This document shows, piece by piece, positions 1 to 12,480 of a stretch of DNA of 64,000 bases. Below the pieces are notes generated by a model. The model saw only the letters and a list, made by a program, of their open reading frames with translations, did not search any database and was not told the origin of the DNA. The stretch spans positions 1,760,001-1,824,000 of the forward strand of contig CAXXMB010000002.1 of NCBI GenBank assembly GCA_963668675.2. The letters run 5' to 3'. Origin of the DNA: an uncultured Desulfatitalea sp. GTDB taxonomy: Bacteria > Desulfobacterota > Desulfobacteria > Desulfobacterales > Desulfosarcinaceae. The position numbers and the translations under genes were made by a program. Position 1 is the first letter of the stretch. The number at the start of each line of letters is the position of its first letter.

Positions 1-1
1 G

Positions 2-3000
2 CACCCGCTCAATCGCGCGCGCTACGACGAAAGCCGGCAACGGGTCGTTACGGGTTACGGTATTCTTCAGCCTCGGGTGGCGGTGGGTCTGTCCGGCACG
101 AATCGGTCGCGGTATGCGCGCATGTGCGCCAGTGAGCCCGGCATCGATCCATATACGCGCACCGTTTCCGATGTTTACCAGGACCTGTTCGGCGAAGGCT
201 CGTTCATCGGCAAGGGGATTTATGAGGTGGATGCATTCGAACGGGCGTTGGCCGGGCGCCTGCCGGACAACCTGATCCTCAGCCACGATCTTCTGGAAGG
301 ATGTTATGCCCGGGCCGGATTGTTGAGCGATGTGCAGTTGTACGAGGAATATCCATCGCGCTACAGCGAGGATGTGAGTCGCCGGCATCGTTGGATTCGC
401 GGCGATTGGCAGATTGCACGCTGGCTGTTGCCGGATATTCCCGTCCCCAATGCGCGCCTGCGCAAGAATCCGCTCTCGATGCTATCCCGCTGGAAGATCT
501 TCGACAACCTGCGGCGCAGTCTGATCGCCGCGCTGTTGACCATCCTGCTGCTGTTGGGCTGGACCGCGTTGCCATCCGCCTGGTTCTGGACACTGGCCGC
601 GATCGGAATCCTCCTGATGCCTGCCTTGATCGCCTCGGCCCTGAGTGTGCTTCGCAAACCCAGCGATGTGACCCTGGGCCAGCACGTTTCGGCGGAGGCG
701 CGTACGGCCCGCGGCGCCTTATTTCAGGCTGTATTCATGCTCGCATGCCTGCCCTACGAAGCGTTTTTCAGTCTGGATGCGGTGGTGCGTGCCGGCTGGC
801 GGATGCTGATCACGCATAAGCGATTGCTCCAATGGAACTTGGAGGACGATGCTGAGCGCCAAGGCCGTGCGGATCTCGCCGCCTCCTGGCGATCCATGTG
901 GTTTGCACCGCTCCTGGCAGCTGGCGCGGGGATTTACCTGTCTGTTGCGAGACCGGACGCCCTGGCTTCAGCGGGACCTGTCCTGGGCCTCTGGCTTGCT
1001 TCGCCCGCCATCGCATGGTGGATCAGTCAACCGATCGCGCGCCGCCGCGAGAAGCTGACAACCGATCAAACGCTCTTTCTGCGCAAGCTTGCCAGGAAAA
1101 CCTGGTCCTTCTTCGAGACCTTCGTAGGTCCGCAAGACCACTGGCTGCCGCCGGACAATTTTCAGGAGCACCCGAGCCCCGTGGTTGCGCACCGCACATC
1201 GCCGACCAACATGGGCCTTGCGCTGCTGGCCAACTTGTCTGCATACGATCTTGGCTATATCTCAGCCGGTGAACTCGTTGAACTTACGGCCAAGGCGCTG
1301 GACACCATTAAAGCCCTGGAGCGACATCGCGGTCACTTCTACAACTGGTACGACACCCAATCGCTCAAACCGCTGTCGCCCAGATACATTTCATCGGTGG
1401 ACAGCGGCAACCTGGCGGGCCATCTACTGACCTTGCGACCGGCGCTGCTGGCGCTCGCCGACCACAAAATCCTTGGAGAGCGATGGTTCGAGGGCTTAAG
1501 CGACACGCTCGGGATTGTGGCGGATGCCGCGGCTGCCACCGCGCAACCGTGTGCGCCGATCGAGCTCGCGCAGCTTCGGAAGGATCTGGCGTCAACAGCC
1601 CATTCCCATCCCACCACGCTCATGGCTTCGCGACAGAATCTCGATCGATTGGCAACGTCCGCCGAAGCGTTGGTCGACGGCATCGAAGCAAGCGACCCGG
1701 ACCCGGAAAGTCAATTGCGGTGGTGGGCGCGCGCGTTCGCCGGGCAGTGCCGCGATGCCCTAAATGAACTTACGCTGCTTGCGCCGTGGGCAGAGCGCCG
1801 CTCTTTTCCAGACCGAATGGAAAACCTTCCCGATTTCGAAACGATCCCGACCCTGCAGGAACTGGCGACCCTGGACGCTGCATCGCCGCCGGCCATCGTC
1901 CAGCAACAGACCGTTTCCGGCCAATCGGAGGAGAGCGCCTGGCTGAATGAACTTCAGCCGCTCATGGCGGACGCCGGTCAGCACGCCCGAAAACGGCTTG
2001 CGGTGATCAAGCGGCTTGCCCTGGAATGCGACCTGCTGGCCCGGATGGAGTATGACTTTTTGTTTGACGAGAAGCGCCATTTGCTGGCGATCGGCTACAA
2101 TGTCGATGAGCACCGGCGAGACGCGAGTTACTACGATTTGCTGGCTTCGGAAGCGAGGTTTGCAAGTTTTGTGGCGATCGCCCAGGGACAACTGCCCCAG
2201 GAGAGCTGGTTCGCCCTGGGACGTTCGCTCACCATAGCCGGTGGAGATCCGATCCTGCTGTCGTGGAGTGGTTCGATGTTCGAATACCTGATGCCGCTGT
2301 TGGTGATGCCGACCTACGAGCACACGCTGCTCGACCAGACCTATAAGGCGGCGGTGGCCAGGCAGATCGCATATGGCAAAAAGCGCGGCGTACCGTGGGG
2401 CATTTCGGAATCCGGTTACAATGCCATCGATGTGCATCTCAACTACCAATATCGTGCCTTTGGCGTTCCCGGGCTGGGGCTCAAACGCGGGCTGGCCGAG
2501 GACCTGGTGATTGCACCCTATGCCTCGGCACTGGCGCTGATGGTGGTGCCCGAGCAGGCGTGTTTGAACCTTGCGCGACTCGCGGCGGAAGGCTTTGAAA
2601 CCCGGTATGGCTTCTATGAGGCCATCGACTACACGCCAGCGCGCCTTCCGCGCGGACAATCGAGGGTCGCGGTGCGCTCTTTCATGGCCCACCACCAGGG
2701 AATGAGTCTGGTGTCCTTGGCAAACCTTCTTCTGGACCGCCCAATGCAGAAGCGCTTTGCGTCGGTTCCCTCGTTCCAGGCGACCATGCTGCTGCTCCAG
2801 GAACGAATTCCCAAGGCGACAACGTTCTATGCGCATACCACCGAGCTGTCCGAACATCATATGGTTCCCAGCGCAACGGAGCCGCCGATACGCGTTTTTA
2901 CAAATCCCGACACGCCGTACCCGGAAGTGCAGCTGCTCTCCAACGGCCACTACCACGTGATGATCACCAATGCCGGCGGCGGATACAGCCGCTGGAAGGA

Positions 3001-6000
3001 TTTGGCTGTCACCCGTTGGCGCGAAGACCGTACCTGCGACAACTGGGGCACGTTCTGTTACCTCCAGGACGTGTCCAGCAGGGAGTTCTGGTCGACCGCC
3101 TATCAGCCCACGCTCAAACGATCGAAGCCGGTTGAGGCGATCTTCTCGGAAGGGCGCGCCGAGTTCCGCGGCCGCGAGCACGGCTATGACACCCATACCG
3201 AGATCGCCGTTTCCCCCGAGGATGACATTGAACTGCGCCGCGTTCGCATCACCAACCGTGCGCCGACGCGCCGGGCGATCGATATTACCAGTTATGCGGA
3301 GGTGGTTCTGGCAGCGCCTGCCGCGGACGCACTGCACCCGGCGTTCAGCAATCTGTTTGTGCAGACCGAGCTCCTGCCCCGGCAGCAAGCGATCCTGTGC
3401 ACCCGCCGGCCCCGCTCCCAGGGCGAGCAGGCGCCCTGGATGTTGCATCTGATGGCCGTGCATGGGGCGACGCTTGGAGATGTCTCCTATGGGACCGATC
3501 GCATGCAGTTCATCGGCCGAGGTAATACCGTCGCCGATCCGCAAGCGGTGACGGGGGGGGCGCACTATTTTACCGGGGCGCTGTCGGGCAGCCAGGGCTC
3601 GGTGCTCGATCCGATTGTCGCCATCCGCTGCCGGATCACCCTGGATCCCGACGAATCGGCAACCATCAACATCGTCTCGGGCATCGCTGAAACCCGAGAT
3701 GCGGCGATTCACCTGGTGGACAAATACCTGGACCGGCGCCTGGCGGATCGCGTCCTTGATCTGGCCTGGACCCATAGCCAGGTGTTGCTGCGCCAGCTCA
3801 ATGCCTCACAGGCCGACACCCAACTCTATGGGCGCCTGGCCGGTTTGATCATCTACGCCAATGCAGCGCTGCGTGCCGACCCGGGCGTGCTGATCAAGAA
3901 CCGCCGGGGGCAATCCGGTCTCTGGGGATACGCCATCTCCGGCGATCTGCCGATTGTGCTGCTGCGAATCGAAGATCCGGCCAATATCGATCTCGTGCGT
4001 CAACTCTTGCAAGCACACACCTACTGGCGCCTTAAGGGACTGGCAGTGGACCTGGTGATTTGGAACGAGGATCACAGCGGCTACCGGCAACTGCTGCACG
4101 ACCAGATCATGGGGCTCATCACCGCGGGCGGCGAAGCCGGCCTGACGGATCGGCCGGGCGGAATTTTCGTCCGGCCCAGCGACCGGATCGCCGAGGAAGA
4201 CCGCATCCTGATCCAAACGGTGGCGCGCGCCATCTTCAGCGACCGACAGGGGTCGCTGGCGGACCAGATCAACCGACAAACTCCGGCAGAAGCCCCGATG
4301 CCGCGCCTTAGCACGACCCGCACGCACCGCTCCGAACCCCTGCCCGTGTCCGCCTTGCCGCGCCCCGATCTGTTGTTTTTCAACGGCACGGGCGGATTTA
4401 CCCCGGATGGGCGCGAGTATGTCATTACGACCGCCCAAGGGCAGGAGACGCCGGCACCTTGGGCCAATGTGCTGGCCAATCCGAACTTCGGCAGCGTCAT
4501 TTCAGAGAGCGGGCTCGGCTATACCTGGTGCGAGAATGCCCACGAGTTCCGCCTCACGCCCTGGGGCAACGACCCGGTCAGCGATTCGAGCGGAGAGGCG
4601 ATTTATCTCCGTGACGAAGAGCGCGGGCATTTCTGGTCGCCCACCCCCCTGCCCATTCGGGGAACGATGCCCTACGTCACCCGGCACGGCTTTGGCTACA
4701 GCGTTTTCGAGCACACCGAGCGTGGCATCCATTCGGAGCTGTGGGTATACGTGGCCCTGGACGCGCCGATCAAGTTCATGGTGATCAAGGTGCGCAACGA
4801 GTCGGGTCGATCCCGTCGACTCTCCGCGACCGGATACGCGGAATGGGTGCTGGGCGACCTTCGGCCCAAGTCGGCCCCGCACGTGATCACCGAAATTGAT
4901 CCGCTCAGCGGCGCCCTGTTCGCGCGAAACCCCTATAACACCGAATTCCCCGACCGGGTGGCTTTCTTCGACGTGGACGATACGACCCGCACCGTTAGCG
5001 GCAATCGCACCGAATTCCTGGGGCGCAACGGTTCGTTGCGACGCCCGGCGGCGATGCTGCGAACGCGCCTTTCCGGCAGGTTGGGAGCCGCGCTTGATCC
5101 CTGCGCCGCGATCCAAGTGGCCTTCGATCTATCAGACGGGCAAGAACGCGAGATCATCTTCCGGCTCGGCGTCGGTCGCGATGTGGATGACACCCGGAAT
5201 CTGGTCCATCGCTTTAAAGGATCACCTGCTGCGCGGGACGCATTGGAAGAGGTATGGCGACACTGGAAGCACACCCTCGGCGCGGTAAATGTGGAAACGC
5301 CCGACCCGGCGCTCAATGTGTTGGCCAACGGCTGGCTGATGTACCAGACCCTGGCCTGCCGCCTGTGGGCGCGCAGCGCCATCTACCAGTCGGGGGGCGC
5401 CTTCGGGTTTCGCGATCAGTTGCAGGACGTGATGGCGCTCATTTACGCCCGGCCGCACCTGGTGCGCGAGCATCTGCTGCGGTGCGCCTCCCGTCAATTC
5501 CCGGAAGGAGATGTCCAGCATTGGTGGCATCCGCCGACAGGTCGCGGGGTGCGTACGCGCTGTTCGGATGATTACCTCTGGCTGCCCGTGGCGACCAGCC
5601 GCTATGTCCTGACCACCGGGGATACCGGCGTGTTGGACGAGTCCATCCCTTTCCTGCAAGGCCGACAGCTGAACGCGGAAGAAGAGTCCTATTACGATCT
5701 GCCCGAGCACTCCGAAGCGTCGGCCACGCTTTACGAGCATTGTGCGCACGCCATCGGCAACAGCCTCGAATTCGGCGCCCATGGCCTGCCGTTGATCGGC
5801 TCCGGTGACTGGAACGACGGCATGAACCTGGTGGGCGAACACGGCAAGGGAGAAAGCGTCTGGTTGGGGTTTTTCCTTTATGACGTACTTATGCAGTTCA
5901 CGAAGGTTGCCCAGGCCCGGAGCGACCTGTCCATGGTCGAACGTTGCCAAAAAGAGGCCGCCGGGTTGCGGCGGAATCTCGAACAGAATGGATGGGATGG

Positions 6001-6787
6001 CGGGTGGTACCGCCGCGCCTACTTCGACGACGGCACTCCGCTTGGGTCGTCGAAAAATCCCGAGTGCCAGATTGATTCGATTGCGCAAAGCTGGTCTGTC
6101 CTTTCGGGTGCGGGAGATCATGAGCGTTCACGAAGGGCCATGGAAGCGGTGGATGCGCGTCTCGTTCGCCGCGAGCACGGACTGGTCCAACTGCTGGATC
6201 CGCCTTTCGATCAGTCAGGGCTGAATCCCGGCTACATCAAGGGGTACGTCCCCGGCGTGAGAGAAAACGGCGGCCAGTACACCCATGCGGCCATCTGGGC
6301 AGCCATGGCCTTCGCTCGGCTGAAGGACAGCCAGCGCGCGTGGGAGCTCTTTACCATGATCAACCCGGTGAATCATGCCCTGTCGAGCGATGCGACGGCC
6401 ACCTACAAAGTCGAACCCTACGTGGTTTCCGCCGATGTCTATGCGGTGGCGCCGCACACCGGCCGCGGCGGATGGACGTGGTACACGGGCTCGGCCGCCT
6501 GGATGTACCGGCTGATCGTGGAATCGCTGCTGGGTTTGAGACTGGAAGTAGACAAACTGACGATAACCCCCTGCTTTCATGTGGATTGGGAGGCCTTTAA
6601 GGTGCACTACCGATATCGGGAAACGGTCTACCACATCACGGTCAGGCAGACGGATGGAGTCAAAAACGGGGCGAAGGTGACCGTTGACGGCGTCAAGCAA
6701 CCCGACAAGTCGATTCCCCTTATTGATGACCGGCGGGACCACAACGTAGAGGTTCGATTAACAGGGAGACCGGATAATGAAACTTAA
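2..6787 (+). CDS. ndvB: Cyclic beta-1,2-glucan synthase (Cgs/NdvB/ChvB family) with C-terminal GH94 phosphorylase domain; 5' part lies outside the window
   Basis: Frame is open from position 2 (HPLNRARYD...GYGILQPRV). Contains [20 protein letters not shown] helices, [28 protein letters not shown] and GH94 motifs ([28 protein letters not shown]). Confidence 0.93.
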   Translation, partial: HPLNRARYDESRQRVVTGYGILQPRVAVGLSGTNRSRYARMCASEPGIDPYTRTVSDVYQDLFGEGSFIGKGIYEVDAFERALAGRLPDNLILSHDLLEGCYARAGLLSDVQLYEEYPSRYSEDVSRRHRWIRGDWQIARWLLPDIPVPNARLRKNPLSMLSRWKIFDNLRRSLIAALLTILLLLGWTALPSAWFWTLAAIGILLMPALIASALSVLRKPSDVTLGQHVSAEARTARGALFQAVFMLACLPYEAFFSLDAVVRAGWRMLITHKRLLQWNLEDDAERQGRADLAASWRSMWFAPLLAAGAGIYLSVARPDALASAGPVLGLWLASPAIAWWISQPIARRREKLTTDQTLFLRKLARKTWSFFETFVGPQDHWLPPDNFQEHPSPVVAHRTSPTNMGLALLANLSAYDLGYISAGELVELTAKALDTIKALERHRGHFYNWYDTQSLKPLSPRYISSVDSGNLAGHLLTLRPALLALADHKILGERWFEGLSDTLGIVADAAAATAQPCAPIELAQLRKDLASTAHSHPTTLMASRQNLDRLATSAEALVDGIEASDPDPESQLRWWARAFAGQCRDALNELTLLAPWAERRSFPDRMENLPDFETIPTLQELATLDAASPPAIVQQQTVSGQSEESAWLNELQPLMADAGQHARKRLAVIKRLALECDLLARMEYDFLFDEKRHLLAIGYNVDEHRRDASYYDLLASEARFASFVAIAQGQLPQESWFALGRSLTIAGGDPILLSWSGSMFEYLMPLLVMPTYEHTLLDQTYKAAVARQIAYGKKRGVPWGISESGYNAIDVHLNYQYRAFGVPGLGLKRGLAEDLVIAPYASALALMVVPEQACLNLARLAAEGFETRYGFYEAIDYTPARLPRGQSRVAVRSFMAHHQGMSLVSLANLLLDRPMQKRFASVPSFQATMLLLQERIPKATTFYAHTTELSEHHMVPSATEPPIRVFTNPDTPYPEVQLLSNGHYHVMITNAGGGYSRWKDLAVTRWREDRTCDNWGTFCYLQDVSSREFWSTAYQPTLKRSKPVEAIFSEGRAEFRGREHGYDTHTEIAVSPEDDIELRRVRITNRAPTRRAIDITSYAEVVLAAPAADALHPAFSNLFVQTELLPRQQAILCTRRPRSQGEQAPWMLHLMAVHGATLGDVSYGTDRMQFIGRGNTVADPQAVTGGAHYFTGALSGSQGSVLDPIVAIRCRITLDPDESATINIVSGIAETRDAAIHLVDKYLDRRLADRVLDLAWTHSQVLLRQLNASQADTQLYGRLAGLIIYANAALRADPGVLIKNRRGQSGLWGYAISGDLPIVLLRIEDPANIDLVRQLLQAHTYWRLKGLAVDLVIWNEDHSGYRQLLHDQIMGLITAGGEAGLTDRPGGIFVRPSDRIAEEDRILIQTVARAIFSDRQGSLADQINRQTPAEAPMPRLSTTRTHRSEPLPVSALPRPDLLFFNGTGGFTPDGREYVITTAQGQETPAPWANVLANPNFGSVISESGLGYTWCENAHEFRLTPWGNDPVSDSSGEAIYLRDEERGHFWSPTPLPIRGTMPYVTRHGFGYSVFEHTERGIHSELWVYVALDAPIKFMVIKVRNESGRSRRLSATGYAEWVLGDLRPKSAPHVITEIDPLSGALFARNPYNTEFPDRVAFFDVDDTTRTVSGNRTEFLGRNGSLRRPAAMLRTRLSGRLGAALDPCAAIQVAFDLSDGQEREIIFRLGVGRDVDDTRNLVHRFKGSPAARDALEEVWRHWKHTLGAVNVETPDPALNVLANGWLMYQTLACRLWARSAIYQSGGAFGFRDQLQDVMALIYARPHLVREHLLRCASRQFPEGDVQHWWHPPTGRGVRTRCSDDYLWLPVATSRYVLTTGDTGVLDESIPFLQGRQLNAEEESYYDLPEHSEASATLYEHCAHAIGNSLEFGAHGLPLIGSGDWNDGMNLVGEHGKGESVWLGFFLYDVLMQFTKVAQARSDLSMVERCQKEAAGLRRNLEQNGWDGGWYRRAYFDDGTPLGSSKNPECQIDSIAQSWSVLSGAGDHERSRRAMEAVDARLVRREHGLVQLLDPPFDQSGLNPGYIKGYVPGVRENGGQYTHAAIWAAMAFARLKDSQRAWELFTMINPVNHALSSDATATYKVEPYVVSADVYAVAPHTGRGGWTWYTGSAAWMYRLIVESLLGLRLEVDKLTITPCFHVDWEAFKVHYRYRETVYHITVRQTDGVKNGAKVTVDGVKQPDKSIPLIDDRRDHNVEVRLTGRPDNET

Positions 6788-7266
6788 TGAAATCACCAGA
6801 GGCACGGGACTTGAAGCAGATGGAATCAAGAAGGCGAACGTTATTTACCGGACACCGCCGACATCGGTACTCTATGAGCAAATCGTGATACGCTGCGAAG
6901 GACTGCTTTCCCATTTGGGGCTGTGGCGGTCACGCCGCCAATATTATCATGCTCACTTGCGATGCCTTCGGCGTATTGCCTCCGATCGTCCGCGTGACGC
7001 CTGAACAGGCCATGTTTCACTTCCTCTCCGTCTATACCGCCAAGGTGGCCGGAACAGAGGCCGGTGTCTTTGAAAAGGACGCCTTCTTCGGACTGGATAT
7101 CCCCACAAGCTGCGACGGAGTGCCCGGCGATGTGCTCAACCCTCGCAATACCTGGGATGACAGGAAGATGTATGATGAGGCGGCAACCCGTCTTGTGGCA
7201 ATGTTCAAGGGAAATTTCAAGAAGTACGCGCCCAATGTCACGGCTGATGTGGCGAATGCCATGTAA
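6777..7266 (+). pseudogene. pckA: Internally deleted ATP-dependent PEP carboxykinase remnant (three spliced segments)
   Basis: N-terminal LYEQIVIRCEGLLSHLG, middle MLTCDAFGVLPP...YTAKVAGTEAGV and C-terminal FGLDIPTSCDGVP..LNPRNTW..LVAMFKGNF are joined in about 490 bp, far shorter than a full gene. Confidence 0.85.
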
Positions 7267-7347
7267 ACGGAACTATGCAGGGGGCTTTTCTTAAAATAGG
7301 GGAGAATGATGAAAGATGATACGAGACATAAAATTGAATTCGGTTCT

Positions 7348-8322
7348 CTATAAAGCTCCAGTTCCAAGAAAGTGCTCCGATAAGGGGTCCATATCCCAAG
7401 GGATATTCTTCCATGGGATCTTTGGAGATCGCACCACTTGCTGAACGATGCGCATGAACTTTTTGCCAATGTTCTTTGATTTGCGACGATTGAATCGAAA
7501 CACGTATTCATCGAGATAGTTTAGAAGGTACTTCGGCTCAAATCTCCCCTGGTAAGTGCCTCTGATCAAGCGCTTTACCAGTGTTGTTACCAAATGGACT
7601 CCGTATAGGTTTTCATTGTCGCTGGTCCTGCTTTGATTCGTTGACCTATGGGTAAATTGTTCTTTGTCAATTATTTGGTAGCCTGACCATGTATCCGTTA
7701 CTATGGTTGCGCCGGGCTCGATATTATCGAGGATGAAGGTTTCAAGCGAGTAGCCTGAGCACTCAAGGGCGATATTCAAACGAACACGGCCAATTTTCTT
7801 TTGGATTGGGCATCGTTCCACCGCCACAGCCACGATGGTTTTGCCTTCAGAGCCACGGCCACGTTTGCCTGAACGGTAACCGCCAACGAAAAACTCATCT
7901 ACTTCTACTCGGCCGGACAGTTTTTCGCGACATTGGCGGATGGTACATCGTCTGAGTTTTTGAAGCCAGGTCCAAGTGGTTCCGTAACTGCCAAGGCCCA
8001 GCAACTCTTTCAAGTTTGTTGCATTGATCCCTGACTTTCTTGTGGTAAACCACCACATGGCTTTGAACCAGTAGGTAATCGGCTTTTTGCAGCTGTCCAT
8101 AGTCGTTCCAGCGGTCAATGAGTGCTGGTGTTGGCATTTTTGGCAAATATATCGGTTGCGCGAAGCTGCCCAGTAATGCTTATGCGCACATGCTTTACAG
8201 ACGAAACCTTCAGGCCAGTTTTGTTTGAACAAATATTCGTAGCATGCTCCTGGATTTGAAAACCGTGCATCAAACTCAATCTCAGATTTTGGGAAATCTT
8301 CGGTGATTTTAAATTCTGCCAT
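7348..8322 (-). CDS. IS1595-family transposase
   Basis: Zn-ribbon CxxC..CxxC, HTH, and LSGRVEVDE / IVTD / YLDEYVFRFNRR catalytic motifs. Confidence 0.92.
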   Translation of the reverse strand: MAEFKITEDFPKSEIEFDARFSNPGACYEYLFKQNWPEGFVCKACAHKHYWAASRNRYICQKCQHQHSLTAGTTMDSCKKPITYWFKAMWWFTTRKSGINATNLKELLGLGSYGTTWTWLQKLRRCTIRQCREKLSGRVEVDEFFVGGYRSGKRGRGSEGKTIVAVAVERCPIQKKIGRVRLNIALECSGYSLETFILDNIEPGATIVTDTWSGYQIIDKEQFTHRSTNQSRTSDNENLYGVHLVTTLVKRLIRGTYQGRFEPKYLLNYLDEYVFRFNRRKSKNIGKKFMRIVQQVVRSPKIPWKNIPWDMDPLSEHFLGTGAL

Positions 8323-8410
8323 ATCAACCTCCTTTTATGGGTTATATGGCTGTTATAGCACTCTGGTGTGACAGATACGGTCACACCTTTCAGACAACTG
8401 GAGCTTTATA
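7349..8410 (-). mobile_element. IS1595-family insertion sequence
   Basis: Perfect 15-bp inverted ends TATAAAGCTCCAGTT (7349-7363) and AACTGGAGCTTTATA (8396-8410) bracket the transposase. Internal palindrome GGTGTGAC-N7-GTCACACC at 8365-8387. Confidence 0.88.
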
Positions 8411-8482
8411 ACGAAGCGAATATTTTAATAAAACAGCAGGCGCGAAGTTTACCGTCACTCAGAAATAGAAGGAAATATAAAA

Positions 8483-9406
8483 ATGCAGACAAACAAAAGA
8501 ATGCTGAAGTGGTTGTTTTTTACGCTGATTGTGCTTTTCCCTTGGGCATCCAATGGATTCGCCGGGCCATTCGATGAAATCGTCGCCTTCGGAGACAGTT
8601 TATCCGATAACGGCAACCTCGTATTGGTGGAAAACCAACCCTTACCCGATTCAGCGCTTTATTTCGAAGGCCGTTTTTCCAACGGCCGGATCTGGGTCGA
8701 ATATCTGGCCGATCCGGAACGGTTGGATGCGCCCTTAACCAACCGGGCGTTGGGCGGCGCGCAAAGCGATGGACTCTTGCCACCGGGCCTGATTGAACAG
8801 GTGGCCACCCATATCGCCACCGACGGCTTCCAGCTATCGTCCAGCACACTTTTCATCATCTGGATCGGCGGCAATGACTATTTTAATGCAGACAGTGATT
8901 TTCCGCCCGTGGTGGCCAACATCAAGGATGCCATGGAGCGGTTGGTGGAATTCGGGGCAAGGCATATACTGGTAATGAATCTGCCAGATCTGGGAACAAT
9001 TCCCGACACCCTGGGTACACCGGAAGCCGCTGAGGCCACGGCGTTTTCGACTGGTTTCAACACCGCATTGCGCAATATGCTCGATACATTCAGCTCCGAA
9101 TATCCGGAGGTTGACCTGTACGAATTTGATGTATTGGCTTTTTTTGTGATGATCCAAAGCGATCCCGGCGCCTTCGGCTTCAGCAATGTAACCGATCCAT
9201 CTCCGAATTTTCAGGTTGAGAACAATTTTGACGGCGCCGGCCATGTGTTCTGGGATGACAAGCATCCTACAACTCAAACCCACTCCCTCCTTGCGGATCA
9301 GGTTTTTACGAGCTTAAGTGAACAAATTCCACCGGCCGGAACCAACAATGAGGTCCAAAATGAGGACCACAGCTCCACATGTTTCATCAATTCCTTGAAT
9401 TGGTAA
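8483..9406 (+). CDS. Secreted SGNH/GDSL hydrolase (lipase/lecithinase-like)
   Basis: Signal peptide; FGDSLSDNG, GRFSNG, GGND and FWDDKHPT blocks; ends in STCFINSL. Confidence 0.9.
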   Translation: MQTNKRMLKWLFFTLIVLFPWASNGFAGPFDEIVAFGDSLSDNGNLVLVENQPLPDSALYFEGRFSNGRIWVEYLADPERLDAPLTNRALGGAQSDGLLPPGLIEQVATHIATDGFQLSSSTLFIIWIGGNDYFNADSDFPPVVANIKDAMERLVEFGARHILVMNLPDLGTIPDTLGTPEAAEATAFSTGFNTALRNMLDTFSSEYPEVDLYEFDVLAFFVMIQSDPGAFGFSNVTDPSPNFQVENNFDGAGHVFWDDKHPTTQTHSLLADQVFTSLSEQIPPAGTNNEVQNEDHSSTCFINSLNW

Positions 9407-9541
9407 AATGTATGCGGCTCTCCGGCTTTTGCAACCGTGGCGGTTCACAGGGGTCAGTCGGCCCGTAACGGCCGATGTGCCAGCGAGGGACCATGGACTT
9501 CGCATCCCGTTTCTCGAGTAGACTCTGCCACACCGCGACGA

Positions 9542-9926
9542 CATCCTCGAAAATATCGAGCCTGGTTCAACCATAGTAACGGACACATGGTCAGGGTACC
9601 AAATAATCGACAAAGAGCAATTCACTCATAGGCCAACGAATCAAAGTAAAACCAGTGACAACGAAAGCCTATATGGGGCCCACTCGGTAACAACATTGGT
9701 AAGACGCTTGATTAGAGGCACTTACCAGTGACGATTTGAACCGAAATATCTTCAAAACGATCTATATGAATATGTTTTTCGATTCAATCGTCGAAAATCA
9801 AAAAACATTGCTAAAAAGTTTATGCGCATCGGTCAGCAGGTGGTGAGATCTTCCAAGATTCCCCGGAAGAAAATTCAGCGGGATATGGATCTTTTATCAG
9901 AGCATTTCCTTGCAACTGGAGCTTTG
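9542..9926 (+). pseudogene. Degenerate inverted copy of the 3' third of the IS1595 transposase, with its terminal repeat
   Basis: Matches the reverse complement of about 7352-7735 with substitutions and an in-frame stop; ends in AACTGGAGCTTT. Confidence 0.85.
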
Positions 9927-10263
9927 TGGAGAACCGAAAAATTGAAATCGCTGTTGACTCGGAGTATTCGCAGGAATTCGCCAACTGGCTGAAAAAAAAG
10001 GCCATGTTGCTCCTGTCGGTAGAACGACCGAAAATTTCATTGATGGCGTCTGTACAGCCGACGATAACCATGTGAATGAGATTATGCTGCAATTGTGGGA
10101 AGAATTTCGTAGTGATGGCATTGATGTTCGTTTTTAGTGGTTGACGCAAAAAGGTTCTACCGATCCGGTCTAAAAGAATTAAGATCAGCCGACAAGGCGG
10201 ATTCAGGCGACGACAAATTAGCGGTCACTATCGATCGCCAGTAGCAGGAAGGAGGTGATACAT

Positions 10264-10410
10264 ATGCCAAATAAAGATGGAACTGGACCCAAAGGTCAGG
10301 GACCGAAAGACGGTCATGGTAAAGGCAAGGGAAAGGGCAAGGGCAACAGTTCTGGTCAAGGTCCGATGACTGGAGGAAAGAAAGGAAGTAAGGAAGAAAC
10401 CAAAAAGTAA
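10264..10410 (+). CDS. 48-aa Gly/Lys-rich small protein (MPNKDGTGPKGQGP..., DUF5320-like start), copy 1
   Basis: Strong RBS AGGAGGTG before ATG; below the ORF-track cutoff; MPxxDGTGPxGxGP signature. Confidence 0.7.
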   Translation: MPNKDGTGPKGQGPKDGHGKGKGKGKGNSSGQGPMTGGKKGSKEETKK

Positions 10411-10463
10411 GCCAGTTTTAAAAACGAGAATTGAGGGCTTACGAACAATTGCCTGAGCGCAGA

Positions 10464-10525
10464 CCAAAAAGGCCGGGGCTAACATTATCGTTGGTCTTCA
10501 TGTCTTGTTTCCCGGCCTTTTTTGG
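10464..10525 (+). terminator. Long hairpin/terminator-like structure (also at 26814-26875)
   Basis: CCAAAAAGGCCGGG ... CCCGGCCTTTTTTGG inverted repeat with A- and T-tracts. Confidence 0.55.
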
Positions 10526-10558
10526 CCGCTTATGCGGAGTGTTTTAAAGGGAGGTTTC

Positions 10559-11305
10559 ATGCACAAACTTGTCCTGCTTCGTCACGGTCTTAGTGAATGG
10601 AACCTGCAGAATCGCTTTACTGGCTGGCATGATGTCGATCTGGCAGACGCAGGCATCGCCGAATCACGCAAGGCTGGACAAGCACTGCGTGACGCAGGGT
10701 ACCAATTCGATTCCGCGTATACGTCGCTGCTTAAGCGTGCGATACGCACGCTCTGGGTGGTTCTTGACCAACTCGACCAAATGTGGATTCCAGTTATCCG
10801 CGATTGGAGGCTGAATGAGCGACATTACGGGGCATTGCAGGGGCTCAACAAAGCCGAGACAGCCGTCAAACATGGCGAGGACCAGGTTCTGATTTGGAGA
10901 AGAAGCTACGACACTTCACCGCCGCCCGTTTCTGAAGAGGACGATCGCTTCCCTGGCAACGATCCACGATACACTGGCATTGAAAAGAGCAGGCTTCCCA
11001 AAACTGAGTGTCTGAAAGATACCGTTGAAAGGGTAATCGAGTGCTGGAACGAAACACTATCCAAAGAGATAAGATCAGGCAAAAGGCTTCTCATCGTTGC
11101 ACATGGCAACAGCCTTCGGGCACTCGTCAAGTATTTGGACCAAATCACGGACAAAGAAATTATTGAACTCAATATCCCTACGGGAATTCCTTTGGTTTAC
11201 GAGCTTGATTCTGATCTCAAGCCTGTACGTCATTACTATCTTGCGGATGAGGATAAGCTAAAAGACGCGATGGCCGAAGTCGCAAAACAGGGAAAGGCAA
11301 AATAA
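10559..11305 (+). CDS. gpmA: 2,3-bisphosphoglycerate-dependent phosphoglycerate mutase
   Basis: [37 protein letters not shown] and LNIPTG; RBS GGAGG before ATG 10559. Confidence 0.96.
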   Translation: MHKLVLLRHGLSEWNLQNRFTGWHDVDLADAGIAESRKAGQALRDAGYQFDSAYTSLLKRAIRTLWVVLDQLDQMWIPVIRDWRLNERHYGALQGLNKAETAVKHGEDQVLIWRRSYDTSPPPVSEEDDRFPGNDPRYTGIEKSRLPKTECLKDTVERVIECWNETLSKEIRSGKRLLIVAHGNSLRALVKYLDQITDKEIIELNIPTGIPLVYELDSDLKPVRHYYLADEDKLKDAMAEVAKQGKAK

Positions 11306-11484
11306 ATTACCGGTCCCGGCACAAGGAGTACACATAACCTCTATTGGGCCTCCGTTTGTCAAGGTAAGACTTTTCCTGCAGATCGGAAAAATGTAGGATA
11401 TTCTCTCCTGTCTTTTATTCCGCACCGGCGTTCTGCCCAAAAGGACAGGTCCGCCATTTGCCATGGTCGCAATTATCACGAAAA

Positions 11485-11630
11485 GGTCATATGTGACCAC
11501 CGGTTGCATATGACCCTTCTATATGACCATAAACGGCCACGCCGGAATGATGATATTTTTTAAATATCTAAATATATCAAAAAGATGGATGCTTTGACAG
11601 GGAGTATTGGATACCTGGCACAAATATTGA
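11485..11630 (+). promoter_or_regulatory. Cassette 1: tandem GGTCA-N4-TGACC sites plus sigma54-type promoter
   Basis: GGTCATATGTGACC-ACC-GGTTGCATATGACC at 11485; TGGCAC-AAATA-TTGA at 11616 (131 bp later). Confidence 0.8.
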
Positions 11631-11743
11631 TGACCAATCCATAAAAGCCCCATTTTTTACACGGGAACTTCACTGCAACCCTTATTGAAAATGATAAACC
11701 TGGAAGCCAAAAGAAAATGAGCATATCGAAAAAGGTGCCAACC

Positions 11744-11920
11744 ATGGCTTCTGCGCTAAAACAATATCAGGGGATCAATTCGGTAGCCGTCATCGGCAAC
11801 TACCTGATCATTGTTGCCACCATTATCGGACTTGAGTTCGGCTTTATCAATGAGGCCTTCAAAGACGCGATTATCCTGCTGGCCGTCATCACCTGCCTGC
11901 TGGGCCCGTCTCTTTTTCAA
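11744..11920 (+). pseudogene. Chimeric remnant: glycosyltransferase N-terminus fused to a cation/proton antiporter-like TM fragment
   Basis: MASALKQYQGINSVAVIGNYL matches the start of the gene at 62156 (MTSVIKYYDGIESVAVIGNYL), then switches to IIVATIIGLEFGFI..AIILLAVITCLLGPSLF. Confidence 0.65.
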
Positions 11921-12001
11921 AGCGTTTTTCAAATCCGAAGCCGTGTCGAGAGACGCCGGCGACATCGAGAAAAGAAAGTTATCCGCCGGTTGGATGCGGC
12001 A

Positions 12002-12413
12002 ATGGAAATGAGCAAACAGAACACGACAAATTTTGAGGATATCATCCAGGACGTGGTTGGCGCGTGCGCGCTTTGCGTTCCCGTGGTGTTTTCCGAAGAG
12101 GCCCGGAATCTGGGCCGGACACTGCCGGCTGCCAATATTATCGTTCTGGTCGTGCTGTCGCTGTTGTTCGTTCGTCAATTTGTATTCCCTGCACAACATT
12201 TTTCAAGGCAGAATCACGCATCGAATTTTCGCCTTTTTCGCGAGAACTGTCATCGATTACGGCATTGCGCTGCTGGTAGTGGTCGTCGTGCTGTCCGCCC
12301 TGGACCATATGCCCATTTTCAGCGAGCCATGGGTGGCCGTCAGGCGCGTCGTGGTGCTCTCTTTGCCCGCCTCGATGGGAGCGGTGGTCGTGGATAGTTT
12401 CAACAAGGAATAG
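12002..12413 (+). pseudogene. Frameshifted DUF2391-like integral membrane protein
   Basis: FEDIIQ..VGA.AL.VPV.FSEEA in one frame and R.VV.LSLPASMGAVVVDSF in another; TTCG duplication near 12167-12174. Confidence 0.6.
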
Positions 12414-12480
12414 ACACATTAATGTCCGAACCCGTGTAACAGGAGAAAATAGTTAAAACCAAATCAAAAGGAGGATTAAG

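Larger units (their letters stand above)
10173..10538 (+). repeat. 366-bp direct duplication, copy 1 (copy 2 at 26523-26888)
   Basis: Reads as identical from AAAGAATTAAGATCAGCC to GCCGCTTATGCGGA, offset 16350; the ORF track gives identical 85-aa antisense ORFs at both places. Confidence 0.95.

Noticed and set aside
1760..6742. Long antisense ORFs (for example 1760-3775, 5222-6121) and similar ones opposite the atp, GAPOR-like and cheBR genes
   Set aside because: Shadow frames of GC-rich coding genes with no recognisable motifs.
11717..12397. 226-aa ORF as a real novel protein
   Set aside because: It is a read-through of three unrelated remnants and leaves the DUF2391 frame after a frameshift.
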